The notes beneath the pieces are model-generated. The model saw only the letters and a program-made list of their open reading frames with translations. It was not told the origin of the DNA and searched no databases. Of a stretch of 64,000 bases of DNA, positions 25,744-35,373 are shown piece after piece (the stretch's first letter is position 1; every line of letters begins with the position of its first letter). The DNA is taken from assembly GCA_964647615.1 (NCBI GenBank), contig CAZYIV010000009.1, positions 42 to 64,041 of the forward strand, in the 5' to 3' direction. The translations under genes and the position numbers were made by a program. This DNA is from an uncultured Gemmatimonadaceae bacterium. Lineage in GTDB: Bacteria > Gemmatimonadota > Gemmatimonadetes > Gemmatimonadales > GWC2-71-9.

Positions 25744-27111
25744 ATGCGCTCGCTGCAACGGACCCTCGCCCTCCGGTACGGAGTGACGATGCTGGTCGCG
25801 CTGGTGGCGATCGCGCTCTGGGCCTTCCTCGGCATCCAGCTCACCCTGGAGCGGCAGCTCGACGCCGCGCTGGAGGCGACCGGCCTGCTCATGGCCGACG
25901 TCGTCGGCCAGGGCGAATCGCTGCGGCATCACTCGCCGCTCACCACGCCGGGCGAGGAGCTGCCGCGGGCCAATCGCCTGGTTGTCACACGCGATTCGCT
26001 GGGACGCATCCTCGACCAGAATTTCCCGGTCGCGGCGGGGCTGCCGTTCGACCAGGCGGCGTTCCACGCCGCGCTCGCGGGGGACCACGCCTGGGCCAAC
26101 GACAGCCTGGCCGGCGACCGGCTCCGCTCGGTGTACCTCCCGCTGGCCGGCGGCGGCGCGGTGCTGCAGGTCGCTGCCTCGATGCGGCCGCTGCAGGCGG
26201 CCTCGGACGTGACCCTGCTGGAAATGCTCGCCACCGCGCTGGTGGGCACCCTGGTCACCACCGTGGGCGCCGGATGGCTGGCGCGTTCTTCCCTGGAGCC
26301 GGTGCAGGAGATCACCACCCAGGCCCGCGCGGTGAGCAGCGCCGCCGATGGCCGGCGCATCACGGCCTACGCCGACGTGCTGGAACTGCAGGACCTCATC
26401 GCCACGCTGAACGACATGCTGCAACGGCTCGACGCCGCCCTGGTGCAGCAGCGCCGCATCATCTCGGATGTGGGGCACGACCTCCGGACCCCGATCACCG
26501 CGATGCGGGGCGAGCTGGAGGTGGCGCTGCGCGCCCCGCGCTCGCCGGAGCGGTACCAGGCGCTCCTCCGCAGCGTGCTGGAGGAGGTGGATCACCTGTC
26601 CGACACCGGCGAGGCGCTGATCACCCTCGCGCGGCTGGAGACGGGCACGGTGCCGCCAGTGTTGGTGGAGAGTGACGTGGATGCGCTGGTGGCGGCGGCG
26701 GTGCAGGGCTACCGCGACCGCCATCCGGCGCGCCAGGTGGCGGTGGTACCCTCCATGACGCCCCCCGCCCCGGTGGACCCGAAGCTGCTCGCCCTGGCGG
26801 TGGGCCAGCTGCTGGAGAATGCCGAGCGCTACGCCCCGGCGGAGGCGCCGGTGCAGGTCACCGTCCGCGCGGTGGCGCAGACGGTGCAGGTAGTCGTCGA
26901 GGATGGCGGGCCGGGGGTGCCGGACGACCGCCTGGCGACCCTGTTCGAGCCGTTCTTCCGGGGGGACGAGGCCCGTTCCCGGGGCGGGGCGGGGCTCGGG
27001 CTCACCCTGGTGCAGTCCATCGCCCGGGCGCATGGCGGCACCGTGATGGCCGCGAGGAGCGGGCTCGGCGGGCTCCGCGTGACGGTGGCATTCCCGTTGG
27101 GACGCGATTGA
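25744..27111 (+). CDS. Sensor histidine kinase (HAMP-HisKA-HATPase)
   Basis: H-box ISDVGHDLRTPITAM, N-box LLENAERYAP, G-boxes EDGGPGVP and GGAGLGLTLV. Confidence 0.88.
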   Translation: MRSLQRTLALRYGVTMLVALVAIALWAFLGIQLTLERQLDAALEATGLLMADVVGQGESLRHHSPLTTPGEELPRANRLVVTRDSLGRILDQNFPVAAGLPFDQAAFHAALAGDHAWANDSLAGDRLRSVYLPLAGGGAVLQVAASMRPLQAASDVTLLEMLATALVGTLVTTVGAGWLARSSLEPVQEITTQARAVSSAADGRRITAYADVLELQDLIATLNDMLQRLDAALVQQRRIISDVGHDLRTPITAMRGELEVALRAPRSPERYQALLRSVLEEVDHLSDTGEALITLARLETGTVPPVLVESDVDALVAAAVQGYRDRHPARQVAVVPSMTPPAPVDPKLLALAVGQLLENAERYAPAEAPVQVTVRAVAQTVQVVVEDGGPGVPDDRLATLFEPFFRGDEARSRGGAGLGLTLVQSIARAHGGTVMAARSGLGGLRVTVAFPLGRD

Positions 27112-27185
27112 GCGCGGCGAGATCCGACCCACCCCGGTGCCGGCAGGCAAATCCGACGACTGGCGATGTCGCCTTCAGTTGACGC

Positions 27186-28679
27186 ATGGTCCGGCGGGGA
27201 TACAATAGTAGGGCCATGACCCCTCCCACCGCCGCCGCGCCCGCACCCACCCTCCCCGGAACACCGAACGTCCCGGCCGTCCTCTCCGGGCTGATCGCAG
27301 CCCACGACCTGATCCTTCTCCTCCATGAGGGTGGCCGCATCCGGGAGGTGCGGAGCGCCCACGACGCGCCGCTTGCCGAGGCCACGCGCGGCTGGATCGG
27401 CCTGGCCTGGCGGGATGCGGCGGTCGCGGAGCATCGGAGCCGGGTGGACGACCTGCTGCAGGAGGCCGGCAGGATCGGTGCGGCTGGACGGCGGCTGATC
27501 CTCCACACGGCCGGCCCGGGCGCCGTCCTGCCGCTGACCTGCACCGTCGTCCGGCTGGATGGGGTGCTCCTGGTGCTGGCGCGCGACGATCGCGAGCTCG
27601 GGGCGTTACAGGCGCGGATCACCGAAGCGCAGCAGCTGCTGCACGGTGCAGCCCGTCGTGCGGCACATCTGGAGGCCCGCCAGCGGACCCTGCTGGACCT
27701 GGGTTCAGGGGCCCTCCTGCTGGTTGATGCGGCCAGCCGCCGGGTCCTGGAGGTGAACGACGCGGCCGCCGAATTGCTCGGCCAGCCGGTGGGCCGGCTG
27801 GTCGGCCGCACTCTGGCCGCGGCGCTCGAGGTGAAGGCCGAGGCCACGGTGCGGGAGTTCCTGGGGACGGCCCCGCCGGCCGGCGGCACCGAGGAGCTGG
27901 TGGTGGAGCGCGTGCCCCCTCGCGGCAGGCTCCGGCTCACGGCCGCGCACCTCGCCCGGGATACCGGCGGGGTGCTGGTCGTGCGCGCAGCGGACGAATC
28001 GGCGGATGGCGGTCGGGGGCCTGGGCGTGAGCCGGGGGCGGGCGAGATCCTCGGCGCGCTTCCGGATGCGGTGGTGGTCACCGACGCCCAGGGCCGGGTG
28101 GTGACGGCCAACAACGCGTTTCATCATCTCACGGGGATCGGTCCGGGTGCGCGGGCCGCAGGCGAGGGGTTGCAGCGCTGGGTGGGCCGACCCGGGGCGG
28201 ATGTGCCACGCGTCCTGCAGGAACTGGAACGGCACGGGTCGGTGCACCTGCTGGAAACGGTGGTGGAATCGGACCGGGGCACCCGGTGCGAGGTCGAGTT
28301 GGAGGCTGGTCCGCTGGACACCCCGGCCGGCCGGCGCTGGGTCTTCAGCCTCCGCGCGATCGCACACCGGCTGCCGCGGCGGCCCAAGGAGGGTACCGCG
28401 CTCGCCCATGCCGTCAGCGAACTGACCTCGCAAGTCGGGAAGCGCGCCTTGAAGGAGCTGGTGCGGGACACGGCGGTCGCGCTGGAACGCCAGTTCATCG
28501 AGGCCGCGCTTGCGGCGACCCGCGGGAACCGGACCGCCGCCGCGGCGCTGCTCGGCGTGAGCCGGCAGAGTCTCTACGTGAAGCTGCGGCAGTACGGACT
28601 CGGGGACGAGCCATCGGCGCCTGTCCCTGCCCACCCGACCAGGCGCCGCAAGCCCCGGCATCGGCGCCCCCGGTTGTAG
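27186..28679 (+). CDS. PAS-domain transcriptional regulator with a C-terminal Fis-type HTH (PpsR-like architecture: no receiver, no AAA+)
   Basis: Repeated PAS-like segments. C-terminal VGKRALKELVRDTAVALERQFIEAALAATRGNRTAAAALLGVSRQSLYVKLRQYGL. The start could instead be 27216. Confidence 0.55.
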   Translation: MVRRGYNSRAMTPPTAAAPAPTLPGTPNVPAVLSGLIAAHDLILLLHEGGRIREVRSAHDAPLAEATRGWIGLAWRDAAVAEHRSRVDDLLQEAGRIGAAGRRLILHTAGPGAVLPLTCTVVRLDGVLLVLARDDRELGALQARITEAQQLLHGAARRAAHLEARQRTLLDLGSGALLLVDAASRRVLEVNDAAAELLGQPVGRLVGRTLAAALEVKAEATVREFLGTAPPAGGTEELVVERVPPRGRLRLTAAHLARDTGGVLVVRAADESADGGRGPGREPGAGEILGALPDAVVVTDAQGRVVTANNAFHHLTGIGPGARAAGEGLQRWVGRPGADVPRVLQELERHGSVHLLETVVESDRGTRCEVELEAGPLDTPAGRRWVFSLRAIAHRLPRRPKEGTALAHAVSELTSQVGKRALKELVRDTAVALERQFIEAALAATRGNRTAAAALLGVSRQSLYVKLRQYGLGDEPSAPVPAHPTRRRKPRHRRPRL

Positions 28680-28788
28680 GCCTCCGCCGCTCCCTGCCGG
28701 GGGGTGAAGCCCGGTTCATCCTCCCGTCACTCCCCGCTCAGCACGGCACGGTGAGTTTCCAGCTCCCGCCCCACCGGAAAGGTTGTGC

Positions 28789-30915
28789 ATGGCGCGCTCG
28801 CTCGACCCGATCCTCGCCCCCCGTTCCATCGCGGTCGTGGGCGCCTCCCGCGCGCCCGACACGATCGGCCACCAGATCCTCGCCAACCTGGTCCGCTACG
28901 GGTTCACCGGCACGGTGTACCCGGTCAATCCGCACGCCGCCGCGGTGCACTCGATGAAGGCCTGGCCCGACGTGGGGGCGCTGCCCGAGGTGGTGGACAT
29001 GGCGGTGGTGTGCGTGCCCAAGGCGCACGTCACCGCGGTGGCGGAGGCCTGCGGGCGGCGAGGAGTGAAGGGGCTGGTGGTGATCAGCGCCGGCTTCCGC
29101 GAGGTGGGGGGGGAGGGCGTGGCGCGGGAGCGCGATCTGGTCGAGACCTGCCGGCGCCACGGCATGCGGCTGGTGGGACCCAACTGCATGGGCGTGCTCA
29201 ACGCCGACCCGGCGGTCTCCATGAACGCCACCTTCGCGCCGAGCATGCCGCCCTTCGGCCACGCCGGGTTCGTGAGCCAGTCGGGAGCGATGGGGCTCTC
29301 GGTGCTGGACTACGCCCAGGAGTACGGCATCGGGATCTCGCAGTTCGTCTCCATGGGCAACAAGCCGGACGTGAGCGGCAACGACCTGCTGCTGCACTGG
29401 GAGCAGGACCCGGCCATCGGGGTGATCCTGATGTACGTGGAGAACTTCGGGAACCCGCGGCGGTTCCTGGAGATCGCCCGCCGGGTGACGCGCACCAAGC
29501 CGATCATCGTGGTGAAGTCGGGCCGGTCGCGCACCGGCGCCCGGGCGGCGAGCTCGCACACCGGCGCGCTGGCGGCGAGTGACACGGCGGTGGATGCGCT
29601 GCTCCGGCAGGCGGGCGTGATCCGTGCCGGGACGGTGGAGGAGCTGTTCGACCTGGCGATGGCCTTCGGCGGCCAGCCGCTGCCGCGCTCGCGCCGAGTG
29701 GCGGTCGTCACCAACTCCGGCGGGCCCGGCATCATCGCCGCCGATGCGCTCGAGGCCAGGGGGATGACGGTCGCCGACCTGCATCCGGAGACGGTCACCC
29801 GGCTGCGGCCGCTGTTCCCGGAGGAGGCCTCGCTGCGCAACCCCCTGGACATGATCGCCTCCGCCACGCCCCCGGGGTACCGCTCGGCGCTCGACGCGCT
29901 GCTGGCCGATCCCGGGGTGGACGGCGTCATGTCCATCTTCGTGCCGCCACTCGGGGTGCGGCAGGCGGATGTGGCGGAGGCGATCGTCGCGGCCAAGGGC
30001 GCCCATCCCGACAAGCCGGTGCTCGCGGTGCTCATGGGGCGGCAGGGGCTGCCCCAGGGCAAGGCGGAGCTCCACGCGGTGCGGATCCCGGCCTACATCT
30101 TCCCCGAGTCGGCGGCGCGTGCCTTCGCCGCGATGTGCCGCCAGCGGGAGTGGCAGGAGCGGCCGGTGCCGCCGGCGGAGGTCCTGCCGGTGGACCCGGC
30201 CCGTGCCCGTGCGGTGCTCGCGGGGGCGCGGGCCCGGGGCGCGGAGCGGCTGGACGAGCTGGAATCGCTGGCCCTGCTCGAGGCCTATGGCATCCCCACC
30301 GCGGGCGCGGTGCTGGCCCGGACCCCCGACGAGGCGGTCGCGGCCGCGGAGCGGCTGGGCTTCCCGGTGGTGCTCAAGATCGTGGCCCCGGCCATCATTC
30401 ATAAGACCGATGTGGGCGGGGTGGAGGTGGGGATCGGCAATGCAGTGGAGGCGCGTGAGGCCTTCGGGCGGATCCTGGCCGGGGCACGGCGCGCCCATCC
30501 CGACGCCGCGATCAGCGGGGTACTGGTGCAGCCGATGCTGGCGCGGGGCCGGGAGCTGATCGTGGGGATGAGCCGCGACCCGTCGGTCGGGGCGCTGCTG
30601 ATGTTCGGCCTTGGCGGCACCCTGGTGGAGGTCCTGGGCGACGTGGTCTTCCGCCTGGCGCCGATCCACCGGCTCGATGCGCGCGACATGCTGCACGGCA
30701 TCCGGGGCGCCCGGCTGCTCGGCCCGGTGCGCGGCGCGCCCGCGGCCGACCTCGCCGCGCTGGAAGACATCCTGCTCCGGGTCTCCCAGCTGGCGGGCGA
30801 CTTCCCGGAGATTGCGGAGATCGACCTCAACCCGGTCCTGGCCTGGGCCGACGGCGCCCGCGCGGTGGATGCGCGGGTGATGCTCGCGCCGCCCGGCCCC
30901 GAGGGACATGCATGA
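28789..30915 (+). CDS. ADP-forming acyl-CoA synthetase (acetate--CoA ligase family; fused CoA-binding, ligase-CoA and ATP-grasp domains)
   Basis: SIAVVGASRAPDTIGHQILANL, GPNCMGV, SQSGAMG, SSHTGALA, and a C-terminal ATP-grasp LKIVAPAIIHKTDVGGV. The ATG at 28789 is preferred over the TTG at 28783. Confidence 0.85.
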   Translation: MARSLDPILAPRSIAVVGASRAPDTIGHQILANLVRYGFTGTVYPVNPHAAAVHSMKAWPDVGALPEVVDMAVVCVPKAHVTAVAEACGRRGVKGLVVISAGFREVGGEGVARERDLVETCRRHGMRLVGPNCMGVLNADPAVSMNATFAPSMPPFGHAGFVSQSGAMGLSVLDYAQEYGIGISQFVSMGNKPDVSGNDLLLHWEQDPAIGVILMYVENFGNPRRFLEIARRVTRTKPIIVVKSGRSRTGARAASSHTGALAASDTAVDALLRQAGVIRAGTVEELFDLAMAFGGQPLPRSRRVAVVTNSGGPGIIAADALEARGMTVADLHPETVTRLRPLFPEEASLRNPLDMIASATPPGYRSALDALLADPGVDGVMSIFVPPLGVRQADVAEAIVAAKGAHPDKPVLAVLMGRQGLPQGKAELHAVRIPAYIFPESAARAFAAMCRQREWQERPVPPAEVLPVDPARARAVLAGARARGAERLDELESLALLEAYGIPTAGAVLARTPDEAVAAAERLGFPVVLKIVAPAIIHKTDVGGVEVGIGNAVEAREAFGRILAGARRAHPDAAISGVLVQPMLARGRELIVGMSRDPSVGALLMFGLGGTLVEVLGDVVFRLAPIHRLDARDMLHGIRGARLLGPVRGAPAADLAALEDILLRVSQLAGDFPEIAEIDLNPVLAWADGARAVDARVMLAPPGPEGHA

Positions 30916-32540
30916 ACACGCCTCACACCGCGGCCGACTACCTGCACGACCCGCGGCGCAACAAGGGCACCAGCTTCACCGAGGACGAGCGCGATGCGCT
31001 GGGCCTGCGCGGCCTGCTTCCGCCGCGGGTCACCACCCAGGACGAGCAGCTGGAGCGGATCCTGGAGAACTTCCGGCGCAAGCCCTCGCCGCTGGAGCAG
31101 TACATCTACCTCATCAGCCTGCAGGACCGGAACGAGCACCTCTTCTACCGCGTGGTGATGGAGCACGTGGAGGAGATGATGCCGGTCATCTATACCCCGA
31201 CGGTGGGCGAGGCCTGCCTGCGCTTCGGACACATCTACCGCCGGCCGCGCGGACTGTACGTCACCGCCCGGGACCGGGGACGGATCCGGACGGTGCTGCG
31301 CAACTGGCCCGACCCGGACGTGCGGATGATCGTGGTCACGGACGGCGAACGCATCCTGGGCCTGGGCGACCTCGGCGCCAACGGGATGGGCATCCCCATC
31401 GGCAAGCTGGCGCTGTACACCGCCTGCGCCGGGCTGGACCCCGCCCGCTGCCTGCCGGTGGCGCTGGACGTCGGGACCGACCGCGCCGACCTGCGCTCCG
31501 ACCCGCTGTACCTGGGGCTGACGGAGCGCCGCGTGCGGGGGCCGGAGTACGACGAGCTGCTGGAGGAATTCGTGGCCGCGGTGCAGGAGGTCTTTCCCCG
31601 AGCGGTCATCCAGTTCGAGGACTTCGCGACGGACAATGCGGTGCGGCTCCTGCTGCGCTACCGGGACCGCGCCTGCTGCTTCAACGACGACATCCAGGGC
31701 ACGGCCGCGGTGGCGCTGGCGGGGCTGCTCTCGGCGGGGCGGCTCACCGGCCAGCGGCTCACCGAGCACACGGTGATGTTCCTGGGCGCCGGCTCGGCGG
31801 CAATGGGCATCGCGGGGCTGATCGCCTCCGCAATGGTCCGGGAAGGGCTGCCGGAGGCGGAGGCGCGCCGGCGCTGCTGGCTGGTGGACGAGCACGGCCT
31901 GCTCACCGCCGACCGCCCCGGCCTCAGCGACCCGCGGAAGCGCTGGGCCCACCCCCATCCCCCGGCGGCGACGCTGCTCGAGGCGATCGAGGCGCTGCGG
32001 CCGACCGCGCTGATCGGGGTCTCCACCGCCTCCGGCGGGTTCAGCGAGCCGGTACTCCGGGCGATGGCGCGGCTCAACCCCCGGCCGATCGTATTCCCGC
32101 TCTCCAATCCCACGAGCCGCTCGGAATGCACCGCGGAAGAGGCCTACCGCTGGACCGACGGCCGCGCCATCGTGGCGTCGGGGAGTCCCTTCCCGCCGGT
32201 CCGCCTGGACGGACAGACGTGGGAGCCGGGGCAGGGCAACAATGCCTACATCTTTCCGGGCGTGGGGCTGGGCGTCATCGTGGCCGGGGCGCGCCGCGTC
32301 ACCGACACCATGTTCTACGCCGCGGCGCGCAGCCTCGCGGAGCAGGTCAGTGACGAGTCGCTGGCGGTCGGCCGCCTCTTCCCCCGGCTGTCGGACATCC
32401 GCGCAGTGTCGGCGCGGATCGCGGTGCGGGTGGCGGAAGTGGCCTACGAGGAAGGCCTCGCCGCCGAGCCCCGGCCCGACGACCTGGCGGCGGCGGTGCG
32501 CCGGGCGATGTACGATCCCGCCTACCCGCGCTACGCCTGA
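30912..32540 (+). CDS. maeA: NAD(P)-dependent malic enzyme (large, SfcA/MaeA type)
   Basis: DPRRNKGTSFTEDERDALGLRGLLPP, IYTPTVGEACL, VVTDGERILGLGDLG, FEDF, FNDDIQGTAAV. The ATG overlaps the upstream stop (ATGA). Confidence 0.9.
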   Translation: MNTPHTAADYLHDPRRNKGTSFTEDERDALGLRGLLPPRVTTQDEQLERILENFRRKPSPLEQYIYLISLQDRNEHLFYRVVMEHVEEMMPVIYTPTVGEACLRFGHIYRRPRGLYVTARDRGRIRTVLRNWPDPDVRMIVVTDGERILGLGDLGANGMGIPIGKLALYTACAGLDPARCLPVALDVGTDRADLRSDPLYLGLTERRVRGPEYDELLEEFVAAVQEVFPRAVIQFEDFATDNAVRLLLRYRDRACCFNDDIQGTAAVALAGLLSAGRLTGQRLTEHTVMFLGAGSAAMGIAGLIASAMVREGLPEAEARRRCWLVDEHGLLTADRPGLSDPRKRWAHPHPPAATLLEAIEALRPTALIGVSTASGGFSEPVLRAMARLNPRPIVFPLSNPTSRSECTAEEAYRWTDGRAIVASGSPFPPVRLDGQTWEPGQGNNAYIFPGVGLGVIVAGARRVTDTMFYAAARSLAEQVSDESLAVGRLFPRLSDIRAVSARIAVRVAEVAYEEGLAAEPRPDDLAAAVRRAMYDPAYPRYA

Positions 32541-32560
32541 GGCGGCCGGTCACGATCTCG

Positions 32561-32589
32561 CGACCCCCGTTCCCCTCGGACGGGGGTCG
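32561..32589 (+). terminator. Hairpin downstream of the malic enzyme gene (10-bp perfect stem, no U-tract)
   Basis: CGACCCCCGT (32561-32570), loop tcccctcgg, ACGGGGGTCG (32580-32589). Confidence 0.4.
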
Positions 32590-32624
32590 TGCCACTCTCC
32601 CCCTCCCATTCACCCGTCCCTCCC

Positions 32625-33728
32625 ATGACCCGACACATGCTCCTGGCCGCCCTCGCGGCGCTCACCCTGCCGGCCGGCCTCGGGGCGCAGGCCCCGGACG
32701 ACGCGCGGGTGATCCTGGTGACCTTCGACGGTGTCCGCACCGCGGAATTCTTCGGCGGGCTCGACAGCAGCATCGCGTTGCACAAGGACGCGAGCGGGGT
32801 GGACGACCCGGCGCGACTGCTGCGGGACTACGACGCCCCGGATGCGGTGTCCCGGCGGCGCCGCCTGATGCCCTTCTTCTGGGATTCGCTCGCCCCGCGG
32901 GGAATCGTCCTCGGCGACCCGGCGCTGGGGGGCGGCGTGACGATCACCAACCCGCACGGCTTCTCCGCCCCGGGGTACTTCGAGATCCTCACCGGCCAGG
33001 CGCAGCCCGACGTCACCTCCAACGACCTGCGGCGGTACCCGCACCGGACAGTGCTGGAGCATGTGCGCGATCGGCTGGGGCTGCCACCGGAGCGGGTCGC
33101 GGCGTTCGCCTCGTGGGAGAACTTCCGGGCCTACGTGGCGAGCCGGGACGGGGCGGTGTTCGTGAACGCCGGCTTCGACACCCTGCCGACGGCCGACCGC
33201 ACGCCCGCGCTCGATGGCCTGGTCCGACTGCAGGCCCGCGCGGTGCCGCCGTGGCACGGGGCCCGGCTCGACGCGTTCACCGGGGCGCTCGCGCTGGAGT
33301 GGCTGCGGACCCGGGACCCGCGGGTGCTCTATATCGCGTTCAACGACACCGATGACCAGGCGCACCCCCGGCGCTATGACGGCGTGCTCGACGCGTTGCA
33401 CGGCCTTGACGATTTCCTCCGGGAGCTGTGGCAGACGGTGGAGAGCCTTCCCGCGTACCGGGGCCGCACCACGCTCGTCCTGACCACCGATCATGGCCGG
33501 GGCCGGACCGGGCGCGACTGGACCGACCATGGCGCCGAGGTCCCCGGTGCGCGCGACATCTGGCTGGCGGTGATCGGTCCCCGGACCCCCGCGCGGGGCG
33601 ACGTGTCCGGTTCCGCGACCCAGGCCCAGGTCGCCGCGACGCTGCTCGCGGCGCTGGGGCTGCCGGCCGGCCACTGGCAGCCGGGCGCGGCGGGCCCGGT
33701 GGCGGCGGTGTGCGGGGACACTTGTTAG
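32625..33728 (+). CDS. Secreted alkaline-phosphatase-superfamily enzyme (NPP/phosphodiesterase-like)
   Basis: Signal peptide MTRHMLLAALAALTLPAGLGAQA. VILVTFDGVRTAEF (metal/nucleophile region) and LVLTTDHGRG (DHG motif). Confidence 0.65.
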   Translation: MTRHMLLAALAALTLPAGLGAQAPDDARVILVTFDGVRTAEFFGGLDSSIALHKDASGVDDPARLLRDYDAPDAVSRRRRLMPFFWDSLAPRGIVLGDPALGGGVTITNPHGFSAPGYFEILTGQAQPDVTSNDLRRYPHRTVLEHVRDRLGLPPERVAAFASWENFRAYVASRDGAVFVNAGFDTLPTADRTPALDGLVRLQARAVPPWHGARLDAFTGALALEWLRTRDPRVLYIAFNDTDDQAHPRRYDGVLDALHGLDDFLRELWQTVESLPAYRGRTTLVLTTDHGRGRTGRDWTDHGAEVPGARDIWLAVIGPRTPARGDVSGSATQAQVAATLLAALGLPAGHWQPGAAGPVAAVCGDTC

Positions 33729-33898
33729 GCGGCCCCCTGTGGCACGCGAGCGGCGGGGTGCGGGAGCGCTGCGGCAGTTCGGCGTTCATGAAACCGTCAT
33801 GTTCGCTGTCATCTCGGCAGTTGCGACCCCCCGGGGTGGCGGTCCATGAATTGCCGCACCTCGTATCGTCACGACTCTCCACCCCCCTCGAGTTTCGC

Positions 33899-34153
33899 AT
33901 GACGACGTCGCTTGCCCTGCCCGATCGTGTCCTCAACTGCCTCGCGGCCGTCGCCGAGACCGACGACGTGCGCTCGGATCTGAACCTGGCCCTGTACGAG
34001 GACCAGGTACTGGACTCGATGAAGACGGTGGAACTCATCGTCGCCCTGTCGCAGGAGTTCGGGCTGGACATCTCGCCGGCGGAGCTGGAGGCCGGCACCT
34101 GGGCCACGCCGGCCCGGCTGATCGCCTGGATTGAAGAGCGGGTGGCCGGGTGA
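33899..34153 (+). CDS. dltC: D-alanyl carrier protein (DltC-like acyl carrier protein)
   Basis: 84 aa. Phosphopantetheine Ser context QVLDSMKTVELIVALSQEFG. The stop overlaps the dltD GTG start (GTGA). Confidence 0.8.
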   Translation: MTTSLALPDRVLNCLAAVAETDDVRSDLNLALYEDQVLDSMKTVELIVALSQEFGLDISPAELEAGTWATPARLIAWIEERVAG

Positions 34154-35373
34154 CCCCATCCGCCCCGCCCGGCCGGGCGGGGGGCGGACAGCTGGCGCCG
34201 GCCGCTGTCGCGCTGCTGCTCACGGTGCTGGCGTCCGTCCTCGGGCTCCATGAAGCCCGCCAGTACGCGGCTCGACACCTCGACGCACTCCTCCCCCGGA
34301 CGTTCAAGCAGAAGTCCCTGGGCCTGGCCCTGCAGCGGCGCACCCTGTCGCAGGACCGGGTCCTCCTGCTGTACGGCAGCTCGGAGTTGGGTCAGCCGGC
34401 GGCGTATCGCGCGGCCGACTGGTTCCGCAGCGCGCCCACGGGCTTCCGGATCTCGCCGGTCGGCTGGAAGGGCGCGCTGCCCATCCATCATGCCCAGACC
34501 TTCTACGCCCTGGGCCGCGCGCTCGCGGGCCGGAAAGTCGTGCTGGAGGTGGCACCGAATGTCCTCACCCATCCCGACGGGTTCTTCACCCGCGGGATGT
34601 TCGCCGGCAACCTCTCGCCCCTCAGCGCGGGACTCGTGGCCTGGGGGCCGGTGGACGACCCGCTGGCGCGCCGCCTGGCGAAGCGCATGCTGGACTTCCC
34701 CAATGCCTTCACCACCAGTCCCCTGCTTCGCTTCGGGTTGGAGACGGTGGCCCACGGTCGGCCGGGAGACCGTGCCTTCGCCAACGTGATGCGGCCCCTG
34801 GGCCGGTTTCAGGTGGCGGTGCTCGGGGTAGAGGACGAGCTGCGGCTGTGGGGGGCGGGGTGGTTGGTGGGGCACAAGCCGCTCGAGGCCGCGGCCGTCC
34901 CTGGCGAGCCCGACTGGGACCGGCTGAAGGCCGTGGCGGAGTCAGTGTACCGGACCGAGGCGACCAACAATCCGTTCGGGATCGAGAATCCGCTCTTCGC
35001 GGCACGCGAGGAGTACTACCACTCCAAGCGGCACCACGCACCCCCCGTGCCCGATCTCGACACCCTCCCCGCCTGGCAGGACCTCGAGCTGGCGCTCGAC
35101 CTGCTCCAGCGCGCCGGCGCCGATCCCCTGGTCGTGGACGTACCTTACATGGGTCGGCTGCTCGACTACCGCGGCAGCACGCGCGCGGAGCGCCAGTACT
35201 TCTATGACCACCTGCGGGCCACCTGCCAGCGGCGCGGCATCCCGGTCGTCACCTTCGAGGAGCACGACGATGACCAGTGGTTCTTCCGCGACGACGGCGG
35301 GCACCAGTCCCCCAAGGGATGGGTATTCACCAACCAGGTCCTCGACGCTTTCTATCATGACCGCCTTCACTGA
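34150..35373 (+). CDS. dltD: DltD-family protein (SGNH-like esterase/acyltransferase of the D-alanylation system)
   Basis: N-terminal TM anchor, then VLLLYGSSELG (GSSE motif of the DltD family). The operon context is with dltC/X/A/B. Confidence 0.75.
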   Translation: MTPSAPPGRAGGGQLAPAAVALLLTVLASVLGLHEARQYAARHLDALLPRTFKQKSLGLALQRRTLSQDRVLLLYGSSELGQPAAYRAADWFRSAPTGFRISPVGWKGALPIHHAQTFYALGRALAGRKVVLEVAPNVLTHPDGFFTRGMFAGNLSPLSAGLVAWGPVDDPLARRLAKRMLDFPNAFTTSPLLRFGLETVAHGRPGDRAFANVMRPLGRFQVAVLGVEDELRLWGAGWLVGHKPLEAAAVPGEPDWDRLKAVAESVYRTEATNNPFGIENPLFAAREEYYHSKRHHAPPVPDLDTLPAWQDLELALDLLQRAGADPLVVDVPYMGRLLDYRGSTRAERQYFYDHLRATCQRRGIPVVTFEEHDDDQWFFRDDGGHQSPKGWVFTNQVLDAFYHDRLH

